Shown here in pieces: positions 34,543 to 47,156 of a DNA stretch of 64,000 nucleotides. Both the position numbers and the translations under genes were made by a program. Position 1 is the stretch's first letter. Each line of letters begins with the position of its first letter. Source of the stretch: Monocercomonoides exilis PA203 (taxonomy: Eukaryota; Protista; Preaxostyla). The notes below the pieces were generated by a model. That model did no database searches. It was not told the origin of the DNA and saw only the letters and a list, made by a program, of their open reading frames with translations. The DNA lies in NCBI GenBank assembly GCA_001643675.2, contig LSRY02000028.1, forward strand, positions 310,001 to 374,000. Direction: 5' to 3'.

Positions 34543-37353
34543 ATGGATATTTCAATACAAAACCTTGTTGCAAAATCTTTACAAGAAAATGCAAAACAAG
34601 CAGATATTATTCGGCTATACGAAAAAAGAAATGAATTAACAGAAATTGATTTATTTCATCCAAATTCCGAGAGCCTTCGTTTTCTGTTGCTTCGAACATT
34701 CACTGTTCCAAACATTGTGAGCTCAAAACAAGGAAGACAATTTTGTGCATTTCTATTTTCTCTTGGCGAACAATTGATTGAAGAAATACACGAGTTGATT
34801 AAGGAATTGCTAATTGGAGAAGAAACAGCTATATTGGCACGAAATTACGGTAAAATATATTACGCTGCATGGAAAAATTCTGAAGGAATGAATCGTCACG
34901 TGATAGAAACAACATGTATTCAGTCTTTGGCTCGTTGCTCTATTGTAATAAAAGACACACAACTTTTGACCAGCATTCGTTTGGTTCTTGACGCATTTCA
35001 TAAGCACAAAGCAATTGATGATGTAGGTGAAATGTTAAATCGATTGTATTCTCCGTTTATTTGGAGACATTTAAACTCGGCAAATCCACAAGTCCGATTA
35101 AGAGCAGCATTTACACTTTTTGTTGCGTTTCCATTATGTGATCCAAATGGAGATGCAAAAGAGAAAAGTGAGCAAATGGATCAAAATGTTACAGCCATAT
35201 GCTCTCTGTTTGGAGATCCATGCGTTGGAGTGCGATGCCTTGTTGCAGAGAGAACTGGACATATTCTGGGCACCTTTTGGGAATCATTGGGATCGGAATA
35301 CAACAGAAAATTATTGTCTGGTTTGGCAAAACTTTCATTAGATGGATCATCGTCTGCTGTTCGGTGTGCTGCACTTCGGGGACTTCAACGTGTCGCTTCA
35401 GAAGAAGAAAGATCACATATTGCATTTCGTGATATTTTGAGATCGACAGCTGGAGCTCTGCTATTTGATAAAGCTAAGAATGTTGTAGGAGCTTATGTTG
35501 ATCTTCTTCTTACGTTGAGAGATTCGTCTCTTATCCGAATTGAAGATACAATTTCTTTACCTCTCATTCTTTCACTGCTTTGTACTCACAGAAATAATCC
35601 TCCAATAGCTGCTCGTATAACATCGTTAATTGCTCCAACTTTCCTGCCTGATGCTGTAACTGTTACGCATCCTTCCTCTGCTTCTGCTTCTGCTTCTGCT
35701 TCTGCTTCTGCTTCTGCTTCTGCTTCCTCTGAAAAATCATCAAGTGATGATGAATCCGAAGAAAATGCAGAAGAAACAAGTGTTTGTGTACCAAGTGCAC
35801 AACAATTAATGCGAAGATGTTTTGATTTGCTGCAGCTGAGTCGAGATGGATGTCTTGTTTTCTTTTTGTACGCACCTCACATCGCATCGCTTGCCTCGTG
35901 TGCTGTCCTTTTAAAGGCGCTTGCAATTTTGGTGGCAAAGATGGGAAAAGAACTGTTGCCTGCTTGGACAAAGAAAGTGGTAGAAAGTGAAATAAATGAA
36001 GTTAAACAGAAAGGGAAAAGCAGAAAATCAACGAAAAAAGACGCTGAGCAAATGTACGAAATCCAAAAGAGAACTTCAAAGAAAATGAAAGGAAAAGAAG
36101 ATGCGGAAGAAAGTCAAGCAAAAACAAGAAGCTCCGCAAAGAAAGATGAAAAGAAAAGCAAAGGCAAAAAAAGAGGAAAAGATGGAGATATTTTTGACAG
36201 ATTGTCTCGACGAGTTCACACAAGCAGCCAAATGGAATCAGATACAGATTACGATGACGAAGAAGAGGAAGAAGATGATGATGATGAAAGCGAGAAAGGG
36301 AAAAAGTCATTTTTTGAAACTTCCAGAAAATCGTCAAAAAGCAAAGATAAAACCAAAATGACTGAAAAAACTCTTTCTGCTTTGTTTGAATATGACGATG
36401 AAGATGATGAACTTGTGAGGTTTGGGTTAGATAGAGAGATGAAAGGGATGATACGATGGATGGTAAAAGACGATGCACTCGCTAAAGCATTGAAGGAAGG
36501 GAAAAAACAAAAAGACGATTCTTCAAAAAAGAAAAAGAAAAAGAAAAGAGAGAATTTACCATCAAAACCAAAGAAATCAATCCTTCAGGATGACGACGAA
36601 GACGAGGAGGAAGAAGAAGAAGAACTTGATGAAAAACTCAGCAGCCCAATGAACAGCGAAAAAAAAGCTGCTGCAGATGCATCTACTGAAAGGATGGTTC
36701 AAGTGGTGAGCATGATTCTTTCATTTGTTACTGTTGGAGTGCTAAACAGAGCAATGCATTTAAAGAAGAAAGAAGAAGCGAATCACATTCTTTCTTTTGT
36801 TCAAGAAACATTCAGAAGGGAAAATCTTCTTTCAATTTTCTTACTGATAAGTGGGTTGGAAGGTCGATCTGAAGGTTTGAGGCAGAGTTCTACAGATTCA
36901 TCGACTCCCTCTTCGATCAATTCAATAATATATGAGTCAATAAGAAGAAAGGACGATCCTCTTTTAAATATTGTTAATCAGAGAACATGCGCACTGTCAA
37001 CGCTATGTGCTCTAATCAGATGCAATCTATTTTCATTTACGCCTTCAGCCGCTAAAAAAGCGTCAAAAGTGTCATTATCTTCAGCATCTCAATCCTCGAA
37101 TTCTGATTCGCCTATTTCAATTAAAGTTTCACCTCTCTTTTCATACCTTTCTTCATTTGTATCTCTTATAATTCGATCTGAAGATGAACCCATTTCAACT
37201 GCATCCGTAAAGTCTCTGGACAGTCTTTCAATATTTAGTGTGTGCTTTCTTTGCGTATCAAAATGGAAAACAACACATACAGCCACTTCTGCTATCATTA
37301 GTGCTCTTTCTTCAGTGGAAGAAGAAGAAAGTGAAATAGATGAAAAAGATTAA
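34543..37353 (+). CDS. NCAPG2: Condensin II subunit CAP-G2 (HEAT repeats)
   Basis: EMLNRLYSPFIWRHLNSANPQVRLRAAFTLFVAFPLCDP, LFGDPCVGVR..ILGTFWE and LSLDGSSSAVR. Confidence 0.85.
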   Translation: MDISIQNLVAKSLQENAKQADIIRLYEKRNELTEIDLFHPNSESLRFLLLRTFTVPNIVSSKQGRQFCAFLFSLGEQLIEEIHELIKELLIGEETAILARNYGKIYYAAWKNSEGMNRHVIETTCIQSLARCSIVIKDTQLLTSIRLVLDAFHKHKAIDDVGEMLNRLYSPFIWRHLNSANPQVRLRAAFTLFVAFPLCDPNGDAKEKSEQMDQNVTAICSLFGDPCVGVRCLVAERTGHILGTFWESLGSEYNRKLLSGLAKLSLDGSSSAVRCAALRGLQRVASEEERSHIAFRDILRSTAGALLFDKAKNVVGAYVDLLLTLRDSSLIRIEDTISLPLILSLLCTHRNNPPIAARITSLIAPTFLPDAVTVTHPSSASASASASASASASASSEKSSSDDESEENAEETSVCVPSAQQLMRRCFDLLQLSRDGCLVFFLYAPHIASLASCAVLLKALAILVAKMGKELLPAWTKKVVESEINEVKQKGKSRKSTKKDAEQMYEIQKRTSKKMKGKEDAEESQAKTRSSAKKDEKKSKGKKRGKDGDIFDRLSRRVHTSSQMESDTDYDDEEEEEDDDDESEKGKKSFFETSRKSSKSKDKTKMTEKTLSALFEYDDEDDELVRFGLDREMKGMIRWMVKDDALAKALKEGKKQKDDSSKKKKKKKRENLPSKPKKSILQDDDEDEEEEEEELDEKLSSPMNSEKKAAADASTERMVQVVSMILSFVTVGVLNRAMHLKKKEEANHILSFVQETFRRENLLSIFLLISGLEGRSEGLRQSSTDSSTPSSINSIIYESIRRKDDPLLNIVNQRTCALSTLCALIRCNLFSFTPSAAKKASKVSLSSASQSSNSDSPISIKVSPLFSYLSSFVSLIIRSEDEPISTASVKSLDSLSIFSVCFLCVSKWKTTHTATSAIISALSSVEEEESEIDEKD
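35677..35726 (+). repeat. (TCTGCT)n coding microsatellite (Ser-Ala repeat)
   Basis: About 8 tandem hexamer units inside the CAP-G2 ORF. Confidence 0.9.
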
Positions 37354-37460
37354 ATTATTATGATACTCTTTTATTTATTCATTTTTTTTTTAAATATTTT
37401 GCTTCAATCAAATTTTTTAAACATGATCAAAATATGTAAAATATATTTATTTGATTTTTC

Positions 37461-40044
37461 ATGAGTGAAACTTCGGATGCATCAGGAGGAGATGTCAGTC
37501 TATCTATTGAAGAAACAAATAAACTTCGTATTAGTCTGGGTCTTAAACCGCTTAATGTAAATGAAGATTCACTGAAGCGACGAGAAGAAGAAAAACGAAG
37601 AATTAAGGAAGAGCAAGAAAAGGAACAAGAAATCATTCGTGAAGAAGAAGAAGCAGAACGTAAACTTCAGTATATAACATATTTTATGACAATAAAATAA
37701 TTATTTTTTTTGATTTTTTGTATTTATTATTTCTTTCCATATTTTCTATATTCATTTTTTTTCAGAGAGAAAACTCATAAAAGCAATCAAAAACTTGTTG
37801 AAAAAGGATCAAAAATTGCAGAAGAGTACGCTCATGATGAAGAGTCAATATCTTCTTGGGCAAGCACTTTCATTGAACGATCAAAAGCTCTTGAGATCGA
37901 AGAAAAGAAAAAGCAGGAGATGGAAGCTAAAAAACGAATTAAATCAAAAAAGGAAGAAGCATTACAACAAGCAGGTATTTGAGACATTCTTGTTAGATTT
38001 ATAAATTTATGTTTTGTTTTATTAATTAGCTGTTCTTCATGGTACAAAAGTTCTTCATTCTTTGCAATCATTTGAAGAAGGAAAGGATGTAATATTGACT
38101 TTAAAAGATACATCAGTTTTAGGCGATGAAGAAGATGCATGGGAAAGTACATTACTTGTTGAGGAAGAAAAAACAAAACATCGATTAAAAATGGAGAAAA
38201 AAATAGCATCCAGAAAGATGAGAAATCCATTTGACGATATTGAAGAAGACGAACTATTTCCAGAAATGAATGGAGATGATAGACTATTAACGCGATATGA
38301 TGATGATGAAGTGTTCAAACGGCAAAAGGAGAAAAATTCATTTCGACTCAACCTTTTGGGGAATAACTCTTCTTCAAGTGCATTTTCTTCTCAATCAACA
38401 AAATCTACTTCAAAATCTCAATCATCTGATTTTTCTTCCGAACAAACACCTTCCTTTCTTGGAATTGAGCAGGCGAATGATGTCGATGGTGGGGTGAGGG
38501 TCCAGAGAGATTTTTACACGACGGCAGAGATGGATGAGATGTCGATGGGAAGCGGTAAAAGCAGCACATTCAAAAAGAAGAAGAAGAAGAAGAAGAATAC
38601 TTCTGCTGTGAAATCTTTCAGTATTAGCGATCTAATTGACGATGGAAATGAAACTGAAGCTCAAATGCAACAACCAGCCAGTTTGGATTCCGAAGCAAAT
38701 GGTGCATCAAAACTTCAAGCGACTGATTTGAATTCAAAAGCAGAAGATTATCTTTCTATTGCTGGAACGGATGAAGCTGACATACGAGAACGAATGCTCA
38801 GAGGATCTATTGCGCTCAAGACTGAGCCGTCATTGTTGAAAGCAGATGAATCGGAGCTGTTCTCTGCAGTTCGTCCAAATTTTGAAACTGACCAAAAAAC
38901 AAACAAAAAAGAAGAGAAAAAAAGTAAAGACAAAAAGAAAGATGTATTCGAGAGTTCTGTTGCTTTCAGTTATGAACCAGATGTTCCATCAGAATCAGAT
39001 TCTTTATCAGCAAAAAAAGAAGAAGGAGATTTAAAAGTGTTGAAAGACGATATTTATTCATTTAACATATTGTCCAGCTATTCAAATGAAAGATTATCTC
39101 AATCCTCTGCAGATCCATCTGCTTCGTCCATTTCCACTGAAGAAGATAATCAGCCTTTGATTGTGTTTTCTGATGCACATGAAATGACTCGATTGATTCG
39201 GACGGCTGCTGATAAAGATGAGGCCAGCCTTCCGAGTGTTATTCTGTCTGCAAAAGAAGAAGATGATGAAAGTGTTATGTCTTCTTTGCTTGGAAGCGGA
39301 GTCAATGCGAAAAAAGCAAAGCTAAGGAAAAGAACATGGGATGAAACGGAGATGGCTAGAAATGAGGAAGAAGGAAATGAGGAAGAAATACGAGAGAAAA
39401 AGAGACGGCTGACTGAAGAAGGAGATAGAGAAGATCAAATGGACAGTGATGCTGAAAATGATGAAAATTCGACAAACGAAGAAAACAAAGCAGAAAAGAA
39501 TAAAACGGAATCAGAAAAGGATAAAGGAGTGCAGGGCATTATAAACCTTCCTGTGTTTACAATGAGCGCTGCCACTGCTATTCAACAGCTTTCTGCACGA
39601 GGACTTCTGAGCACTGCAGTTGTTAATTCAACCAATCCGTTTCTTGTTGGCTCTGGCGATAATCTTGTAACTCCAGTTTCAGCAGGCATTCCTTCCACGT
39701 TTGATCTAACAAAGGCTACACCAGAAGACTTTGCAGATATTGATATTACTCATCGTGATGCAAAGGGAAGAGTCCTGGATCAGAAAGAAGCGTGGAAGCA
39801 GCATGCAAGAGAATTCCACAACCAACAGCCAAAGCCAAAGAAAGCAGCTAAGCACGAAAGGAAATTGGAAGGACGTGCAATGGTTATAAAAGCGCTGGGA
39901 ACTGATGGAGCTATGATCTCTTCCGACAGTTTCCTTGCGAAAAAGCAGAAAGAAACTGGAAGTGCCGGAGTTGAATATGATCCTACTGAAATTTACATGG
40001 AGAATAGAAGGATGAAAAAGAAGGAAAGAGATAGGAAAAGATGA
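37461..40044 (+). CDS. SART1: U4/U6.U5 tri-snRNP protein SART1/Snu66 (3 exons)
   Basis: HIND motif SLSIEETNKLRISLGLKPL, GTKVLHSLQSFEEGKDVILTLKD, and DAKGRVLDQKEAWKQHAREFH..PKPKK. Confidence 0.92.
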
Positions 40045-40064
40045 GGCAATAAAGCATTTCACGC

Positions 40065-41799
40065 ATTTATTTTATTGCATCAACTTGAAAAACATTTCAT
40101 TTTTTGGATTTAATTTTATAAATAAATTGTGTAATTGAGAATTTAATTTAAAAGCTGCATTATAAAGGATATAGAAACTGTTGCTTGTGTCTAAATTAAT
40201 TAATGATTAATTAAAGCAAAATTTTTCTATGCAAAGAAAAAAAAATTATTATTTTTCTATATAAACCAAGAAATTTGATTCAATATTTTTTATTAAAGAA
40301 AAGAAGCATTATTATATTTATAATTTAAAAAAGACATATTATTGAAGACATATCAATTTGAAAAATAGATACTGTTTTTAAAAAATAAAAAATTGAGCAT
40401 CAGAGTCAGCAAGCATGTTGATGTTCATTTTTGAGAATATGTTTCACGTGTTTAAAATAGCATCAAATACTTTTCAATTATGATAAACTTATTATTTAAA
40501 TTTAATTATTTTGAATATTTTTTATTTAAAAAATTTCGATACAAACAGATCATTGGTTAAATGTCAAAAAATGTTTTTTTCATAATATTTTGTCAACTTT
40601 CGTAAAAAATAGTACTTAAGACAAACATCGATTTCAATTTTTTGCACGCAAAGATGAAGAAATCGACTTTTTCAAAATATTATCATGTTAATTGAAATTA
40701 ATGATTTTTTTTGAAATAACATGTTGAATAATTAGTGTTAATGTTGGTGGACACTTTCAACAACTGTGGACAATGAAGTTATCTCAGCAAGTGTTGATTG
40801 CAGCATTTCGATTAATATTCTTATTTTCTTTCAGATAAATATCAGCTCTTTATTATTATCACAAACTGCAAACTTTTTTCATTAAAAAATCTTTGTTTTA
40901 TTCTACAGAAACAAATATTTTTTGTGAATGAAATTTCACTCATTTATTTCATTATGAAAAATATAATTATTTCGTAAATCAGTGGGATAAGAGTTTTTTT
41001 TTCTGTGAAACACCAGTGTTAAAATATGTTAATTTCAATATCAGAATATTAATCGAAATGCTGCAATCAACACTTGCTGAGATAACTTCATTGTCCACAG
41101 TTGTTGAAAGTGTCCACCAACATTAACACTAATTATTCAACATGTTATTTCAAAAAAAATCATTAATTTCAATTAACATGATAATATTTTGAAAAAGTCG
41201 ATTTCTTCATCTTTGCGTGCAAAAAATTGAAATCGATGTTTGTCTTAAGTACTATTTTTTACGAAAGTTGACAAAATATTATGAAAAAAACATTTTTTGA
41301 CATTTAACCAATGATCTGTTTGTATCGAAATTTTTTAAATAAAAAATATTCAAAATAATTAAATTTAAATAATAAGTTTATCATAATTGAAAAGTATTTG
41401 ATGCTATTTTAAACACGTGAAACATATTCTCAAAAATGAACATCAACATGCTTGCTGACTCTGATGCTCAATTTTTTATTTTTTAAAAACAGTATCTATT
41501 TTTCAAATTGATATGTCTTCAATAATATGTCTTTTTTAAATTATAAATATAATAATGCTTCTTTTCTTTAATAAAAAATATTGAATCAAATTTCTTGGTT
41601 TATATAGAAAAATAATAATTTTTTTTTCTTTGCATAGAAAAATTTTGCTTTAATTAATCATTAATTAATTTAGACACAAGCAACAGTTTCTATATCCTTT
41701 ATAATGCAGCTTTTAAATTAAATTCTCAATTACACAATTTATTTATAAAATTAAATCCAAAAAATGAAATGTTTTTCAAGTTGATGCAATAAAATAAAT
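40065..41799. repeat. Long inverted repeat: 757-bp arms (40065-40821, 41043-41799) with a 221-bp spacer
   Basis: The arms read as reverse complements wherever compared, have equal length, and are very AT-rich with no ORFs. Confidence 0.95.
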
Positions 41800-41982
41800 T
41801 AAGAATAATCCAATATAACTTTTATACAAATGTAATAATTAGTTTTCTATGCATATTCACATTTGCTTTTAACTTTGCAATATTAACATTAATCACATGA
41901 AATCGCAACAAAGATTGACAATATAATTTCAACATTGGTTCTACATGTAGGGATTTTCTCAATCAATTGAATTCTTTTTCTT

Positions 41983-44900
41983 TCAAGAATATAAATCATC
42001 ATCTGAATCATCTGATTCCTCAATTTTGGCTTTGCGACTCAACGTCTTTTCGTTCACAACTGATGTAATAAATGAAATGAAGTTAAGCACTTGACCAATT
42101 GAATTGTCTTGAGTAAACTTTTTTAGAATACCAAATGCAAGAGTACATATAAAGCAAAAAACAAATTGAATTTTAAACTTTATAATAAAATAATAACAAT
42201 ATTCACATACTGAAAATGGAGTTGCAAGCTGAGTAATAAATTCAAGTTGACGTTCAATTGCTTCTTTGTCCTTTGCGTTGCTGTACTTTTCAGATGACGA
42301 ATAAGAGCCCATCTTCGTTTTTCGTGCTGCTTGCCTTGCTGAGTCAATGGACTGTTCAAGCGCCGAGTTCAAATCAATCTGATCTCTCGCAATTTGATCG
42401 AACTCAGCCTTCATTGCTTCGATAGACGAGTGCTGTTCTTGAATCGTCTGATGCAGCTGCACCAACATCTCCTTGCCTTCTTCTTCATTTGCTCGCAGCT
42501 CCTCAAGACGCTCTCTCTGCCTCCCTTCCTGCATCCGAAAGAGGACCAGTGTTTGCTCCAGCGCAGCCACTTTAGCATTTTGCCTTCCGAGCTTCGCTTT
42601 GACAGACTGTTGGATTTGTTTCAGCGTTGGCGGCTGGCATTTCAGACGGTAGGATAGTTGCTGTCTCGCTTGAAGGAGACTTAGTCGCATTTCTATTTGA
42701 AAGGAGGAAAACAAACAAATTTGAAAAAAAAAAATGCAAAATAAAGAAGCAAACTTGATGCTTGCTGAGTCAGCTGATTTCTCACTTTTTCAGTGTCATC
42801 AGCGACAATTGCAGTTGAAGCTTTCACTTTCTGCTTCGCAAACGACTCCTGCTGAACTATTATTGCGCTCAAGGCATTGCTCTGGGTTTCAACTTTATTC
42901 AGCCTTTCTTCAGCATTAAACAGCCATTCGTCAAACTCCTTTTGCTCATTCTGCTCAGTTTCCTCTCTTTTTGCTATTTCCTTTTCGAGGCGCGAGCACG
43001 CAAGTGCTGCCTGGAGACGAGCATTGTGGATGGACCCAGCAATACGTGAGAGTGAATTCAGCGATCGAACAAGCGCATTTTCGTCTTCTTCTCCCTTCCT
43101 CAGTTTTTCATCAAGAACACTTTGTGTGGAGTTTCGGATCTGTTCAATGAGATCGTGCAGAAGAAACGTGGAAGAAGGCGAATTTGAAGGCACATCCGAA
43201 TTCAAAGAGCGAGTTCCGTAATCTCTGGCTTGAGACGAGTCTGACGAGAAGACAGAACGAGAAGAAGAGCGAAGTGATGAAGAAAGCTTTCTGGAATTAA
43301 CTGAAGTGCGGGTGTGTGGGCGTGAATGAGTGTGACGTGGGAAGGGCTGCGATGCGACCACATCGCTTTCATTGAATGGATGGCGGGGCGGTTTGGATAA
43401 GCGAAATGGAGACAAAAAGACAGACTGTGAAATTGTGGTAGGTTGCTTGATTGAAGCATCAGATTCAGAGTGGATGGGCGTGGCAGTCAAAGGAGCGGAC
43501 TCAGAATATGTCGCTGCCACAAACTGCAGAGAAGGTGACTGCGATGGGAGAGGCTCAGAAGACGAGCGGAGGGAGGTTTGTGACTGAGAGGGTGAAAGAT
43601 CAACAGAAGGATGAATGCGGATGAGGTGGGCGTATCTGTCTGGAGCAGATGATGGAACACGATGAGGTGAAGAAGACGATGAAGAAGAAGTGATTTGGGC
43701 GTCTGCTATTTCTTGGGGTTGTGACTTTTCTCGGTCAGTTAGTGGCTTTCCCCGATGAGAGAGAGAAGTGGAAGGAGTGGAAAGGGCTGATGAAGTGTGA
43801 GGTGATGACGAAACAACAGACGAAGATGGATTGGACAAACTATTTCTTCGCTTTACTAGTTCAGGAGAAGAACGTACAGAAGAGTGCTTTGGAGAGCGTG
43901 TGTGCTGAGGAAGGATCTGGTTGTATGCTTCAACTGCTGACAGAACAAGTGCAGGAACAGACGAAGACGAAGAAAGAGCGTCTCCCGAAGGCTGCACATT
44001 GGATTGTTGGTATTGATTATCCTGTAGTGATTCTTGTTGATAAGGAGCATTTGCTTCTCCAGAAGCAATGACTGGCTCAGATTTTTTGTGCTGATGATGA
44101 GGAGACGCTGCAACAGATGAGGAGCGTTTCAAAGCAGATTGCCCTTGTCTTGGGGGTGATTCTGTATGCGAGCGATGCATTTGCTTTGGCTTCCGCGGTT
44201 CAAATTGCTTTTGCTTTTTTGGTTTCTTTTTGAAATCTGATGAAAAGTCCATCACAACGCTGCTGACCGAGCCAGTTTCGCTTGCTGTATTAGGATCGTT
44301 ACTCTTTTCTCTGATTTGCTGGTTTCTTCCTCTTCGAGAAGGAGATGTGCGCCTCCTCTCAACAGACGGTGGAGAAGATTGCCGCATCGTCTGCTGGGTG
44401 GATCTTTGAGGAGACGTTTGTGTCGGAGAATTACTCCGATGCGAGGATGGCGGAGAAACTATCAAAGAAGAAGGCGACGTGGCAGAATCATCGACGTGTT
44501 GCAGGACCTGCGGATCATCACTGGGCCTGACTCTTTCATTGAACCTCTCTCGTTCTATTGAAAGCCTAGCAAACGGAGACTTCATCGCAACTTCCTCAGA
44601 AGTGTTGTTTGGTATGTCTTCTTCAACATTCACTTCGTCGTCATCTGCTTTTTCTCTTTCAGCTATCAGTTTCTTCCAAACAGATGCATTTTTCATAGCT
44701 TCTAACCGTTCTGCCTCTGTTCCAGGTGAGCTTGGAGATGGTGTCTGACTCACTTTCTCCTGCTCTTCATTCGCTTGTCTTTTGTTTTCCTTCTCTTTCT
44801 TCTTCTTCTTCTGTAAAGACGGACTTCTTTCAATACTTGCACTTCTTTTCTTCACCCCTTCCACATCACTGTGACGTTGTTGCTGTGTTCTATCCACACT

Positions 44901-47005
44901 TTGTGTTTGACCTCGCCTTGTTTTAACAGAAGGAGCTCTTTCTCCACGTCTGCCATCAGGATTTATCGCCTTTCCGGCCTGAGGAGACGCATCCTTCTGC
45001 TTCTGCTTCGTTTTCTGTGCTTGACCTGCTTTCTTTGCAGCACTCGGCTGTTTTCGTTCGGCTTCTGCAGAAGGCTCTGGTGGTTGTACGAGTGCTCCAA
45101 AGAAATCCTCAGGAATTTGAGATGGCGGAGGAGGAACAAAAGTCGGGTCCATGTTTGTCAAGTCAGAAACCCAAGTGAGAGTGTCGATGATCTGCTCCTC
45201 TGTTTCTCCTCCAACAACATCCTTCGATTTCTTCGCAGGCTTCGCTTGGATTTCATCTTCTTCTGTGAATGAGCCGTCAGCACTTTCTCTTTCTCCTTCT
45301 TCATTTATTGCTTTCTTCTCTGCACTGCCATTGGGGCTTCTCTCTCCATCTGGCAGTGTCTGAGGAGCAAGGGTCACAATCGACAGCAGAGATGCATTAA
45401 ACAAAGGAGATTTCATCAGCGCTGGCAGCGGAGTTGCTGTGGTTGTCCATGAATGCGCAGAAATGCGTCTGCCTGTGAGACAGCCACACAGCTGAGATAG
45501 AATGTTCAGGGACTTCTCAATACTCGCATCTTCTTTTTGTGTTTGTACTGTTTGAGATGGACCAGGCGACGGTGCAGCTGAAGACATAATTGTGTGAGGA
45601 GCAAGAATTATCAACTCAAACACAATTGGCTGAGGTGCAACTGCTGCTGTTGATTCAGAAGACGATGCTGATTCGCTTTGTCTGAGGGGATCGCCAGAAA
45701 ATGATGAGCTTAAAGAAGAACGTGATGTGCTGTCGAGTGAAGTGAAAACAGAAGAGCTGGAAAGAGAGGAGGAGGAGGAAGAAGAAAAAGCAGAATTTCT
45801 TCCAGGCGAAGGTGTTCTACTTCGGGAACCTCCGAGCCCTTTCGTCTTCTGCACTGTTGGCGGAAGTGTGGGATCGTATATAATTCTTATGCTGATGTGA
45901 GTTCTGAACAGTCCGTTTCGGATGGGCACATTTGAAAGCGCAGATTGGACGAGCGTGTCAAATTGCCCAATTGAAGTGAATTGTTCCTCGCTCAGACCAG
46001 CTATTTGTGTGAAGCTTGATGCTGTTGCCGGTTTTGTTGTGCTGCCTTTTGCAGAGGACGCTCTGCCAACTTGAGAAAAATGCAGCTGCACTCCGGTGAA
46101 GAGATCAACAAGTCGATCATTCAATATGTGCACTGCTGAGAATCGAAATGTTGGAGGGCCTGTCCTTCCCTGCCTAAGTCGTGTGAATGAAGAAGAAGAC
46201 CCAGCTCCACGAATCAGACTGGATGCAAAGTAATGAAGTGCTCCATCTGAAATAGAAGAAGGAAGAAGCGGCGAAAGTGATGGAGGAAGTTTATTTGATT
46301 CATTTGATGATTCACTCGATGAAAAAGATTGTCGATGAATTTCATCATATGCAGAAAAAGAAAAATTTGACGAAGATGGGGATGCTGACACATTGCTTTT
46401 GCTTTTTTCTTCTTTAGAATGAATAGATTTTATTATTTCTTTTCTTCTTGGTGATGCTGCTCTTGGAGAAAAAAGTTCGTTGTAAGTGACAGATGCAGGT
46501 GATAATGGAATTGATGATGACGGACTGACTGACCGCGAACGAGACGTCTTTGACGAAGTGCTCGAAGAATAATGAGGCACTGAAGCACTTTTTTCAAGAG
46601 ACTTCCCGAGGATCCACTTTGAATTTTCTGACGATGGAGAAACAATAATAGACGTTGAAACTCCATTTAAAAATGATTCCAAATGGGACTGTAATATCAG
46701 TTGATAAGTTCCTTGAAGATTTCTTGATCTAGGAAAAACCTTACGAAAGGGAAATCTGAAGAATAATTAATTATTAAAAGATTAAATATTGAATAAAATG
46801 CCAAAATGATTCTCAAACTTAACAATATGACCAGATTTTATCCTTATTTGTGCATGATTTTGGTCAACGAACATCCAATTTTCTTTGTGATGAGACCGAA
46901 AAGGTATTAAACAAGTGTTAACCTAAGCTCGAGCAAAAAACAAAGTAATCTTTTATTTTCAGGATAAAACAAATAAGCACAAACATTTTTTGCAGTTATA
47001 CTCAT
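41983..47005 (-). CDS. Highly divergent kinesin-like protein (degenerate N-terminal motor fold, low-complexity linker, C-terminal coiled coil)
   Basis: Collinear motor-like segments: FPFRKVF, LESFLNGVSTSII, FSAVHILNDRLVDLF, IAGLSEEQFTS, RTHISIRI, ELIILAP, EDASIEKSLNILSQL, LPALMKSPL..SIVTLAP and IIDTLTW. Short 5' exons start MSITAKN at 47005. Confidence 0.7.
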
Positions 47006-47156
47006 ATTTCTGTGTGAACCAATGTGTTGAACTTAAATGTTTTTGAGTTAAATAAATGCACTGATCTTAAATTTCAAGTAATGGCTTATTTCAAAAAATT
47101 TAACTCAAATATTCAAACATTTTAAAAAACTAAAATAAATGATATGTAAGAAAAAA

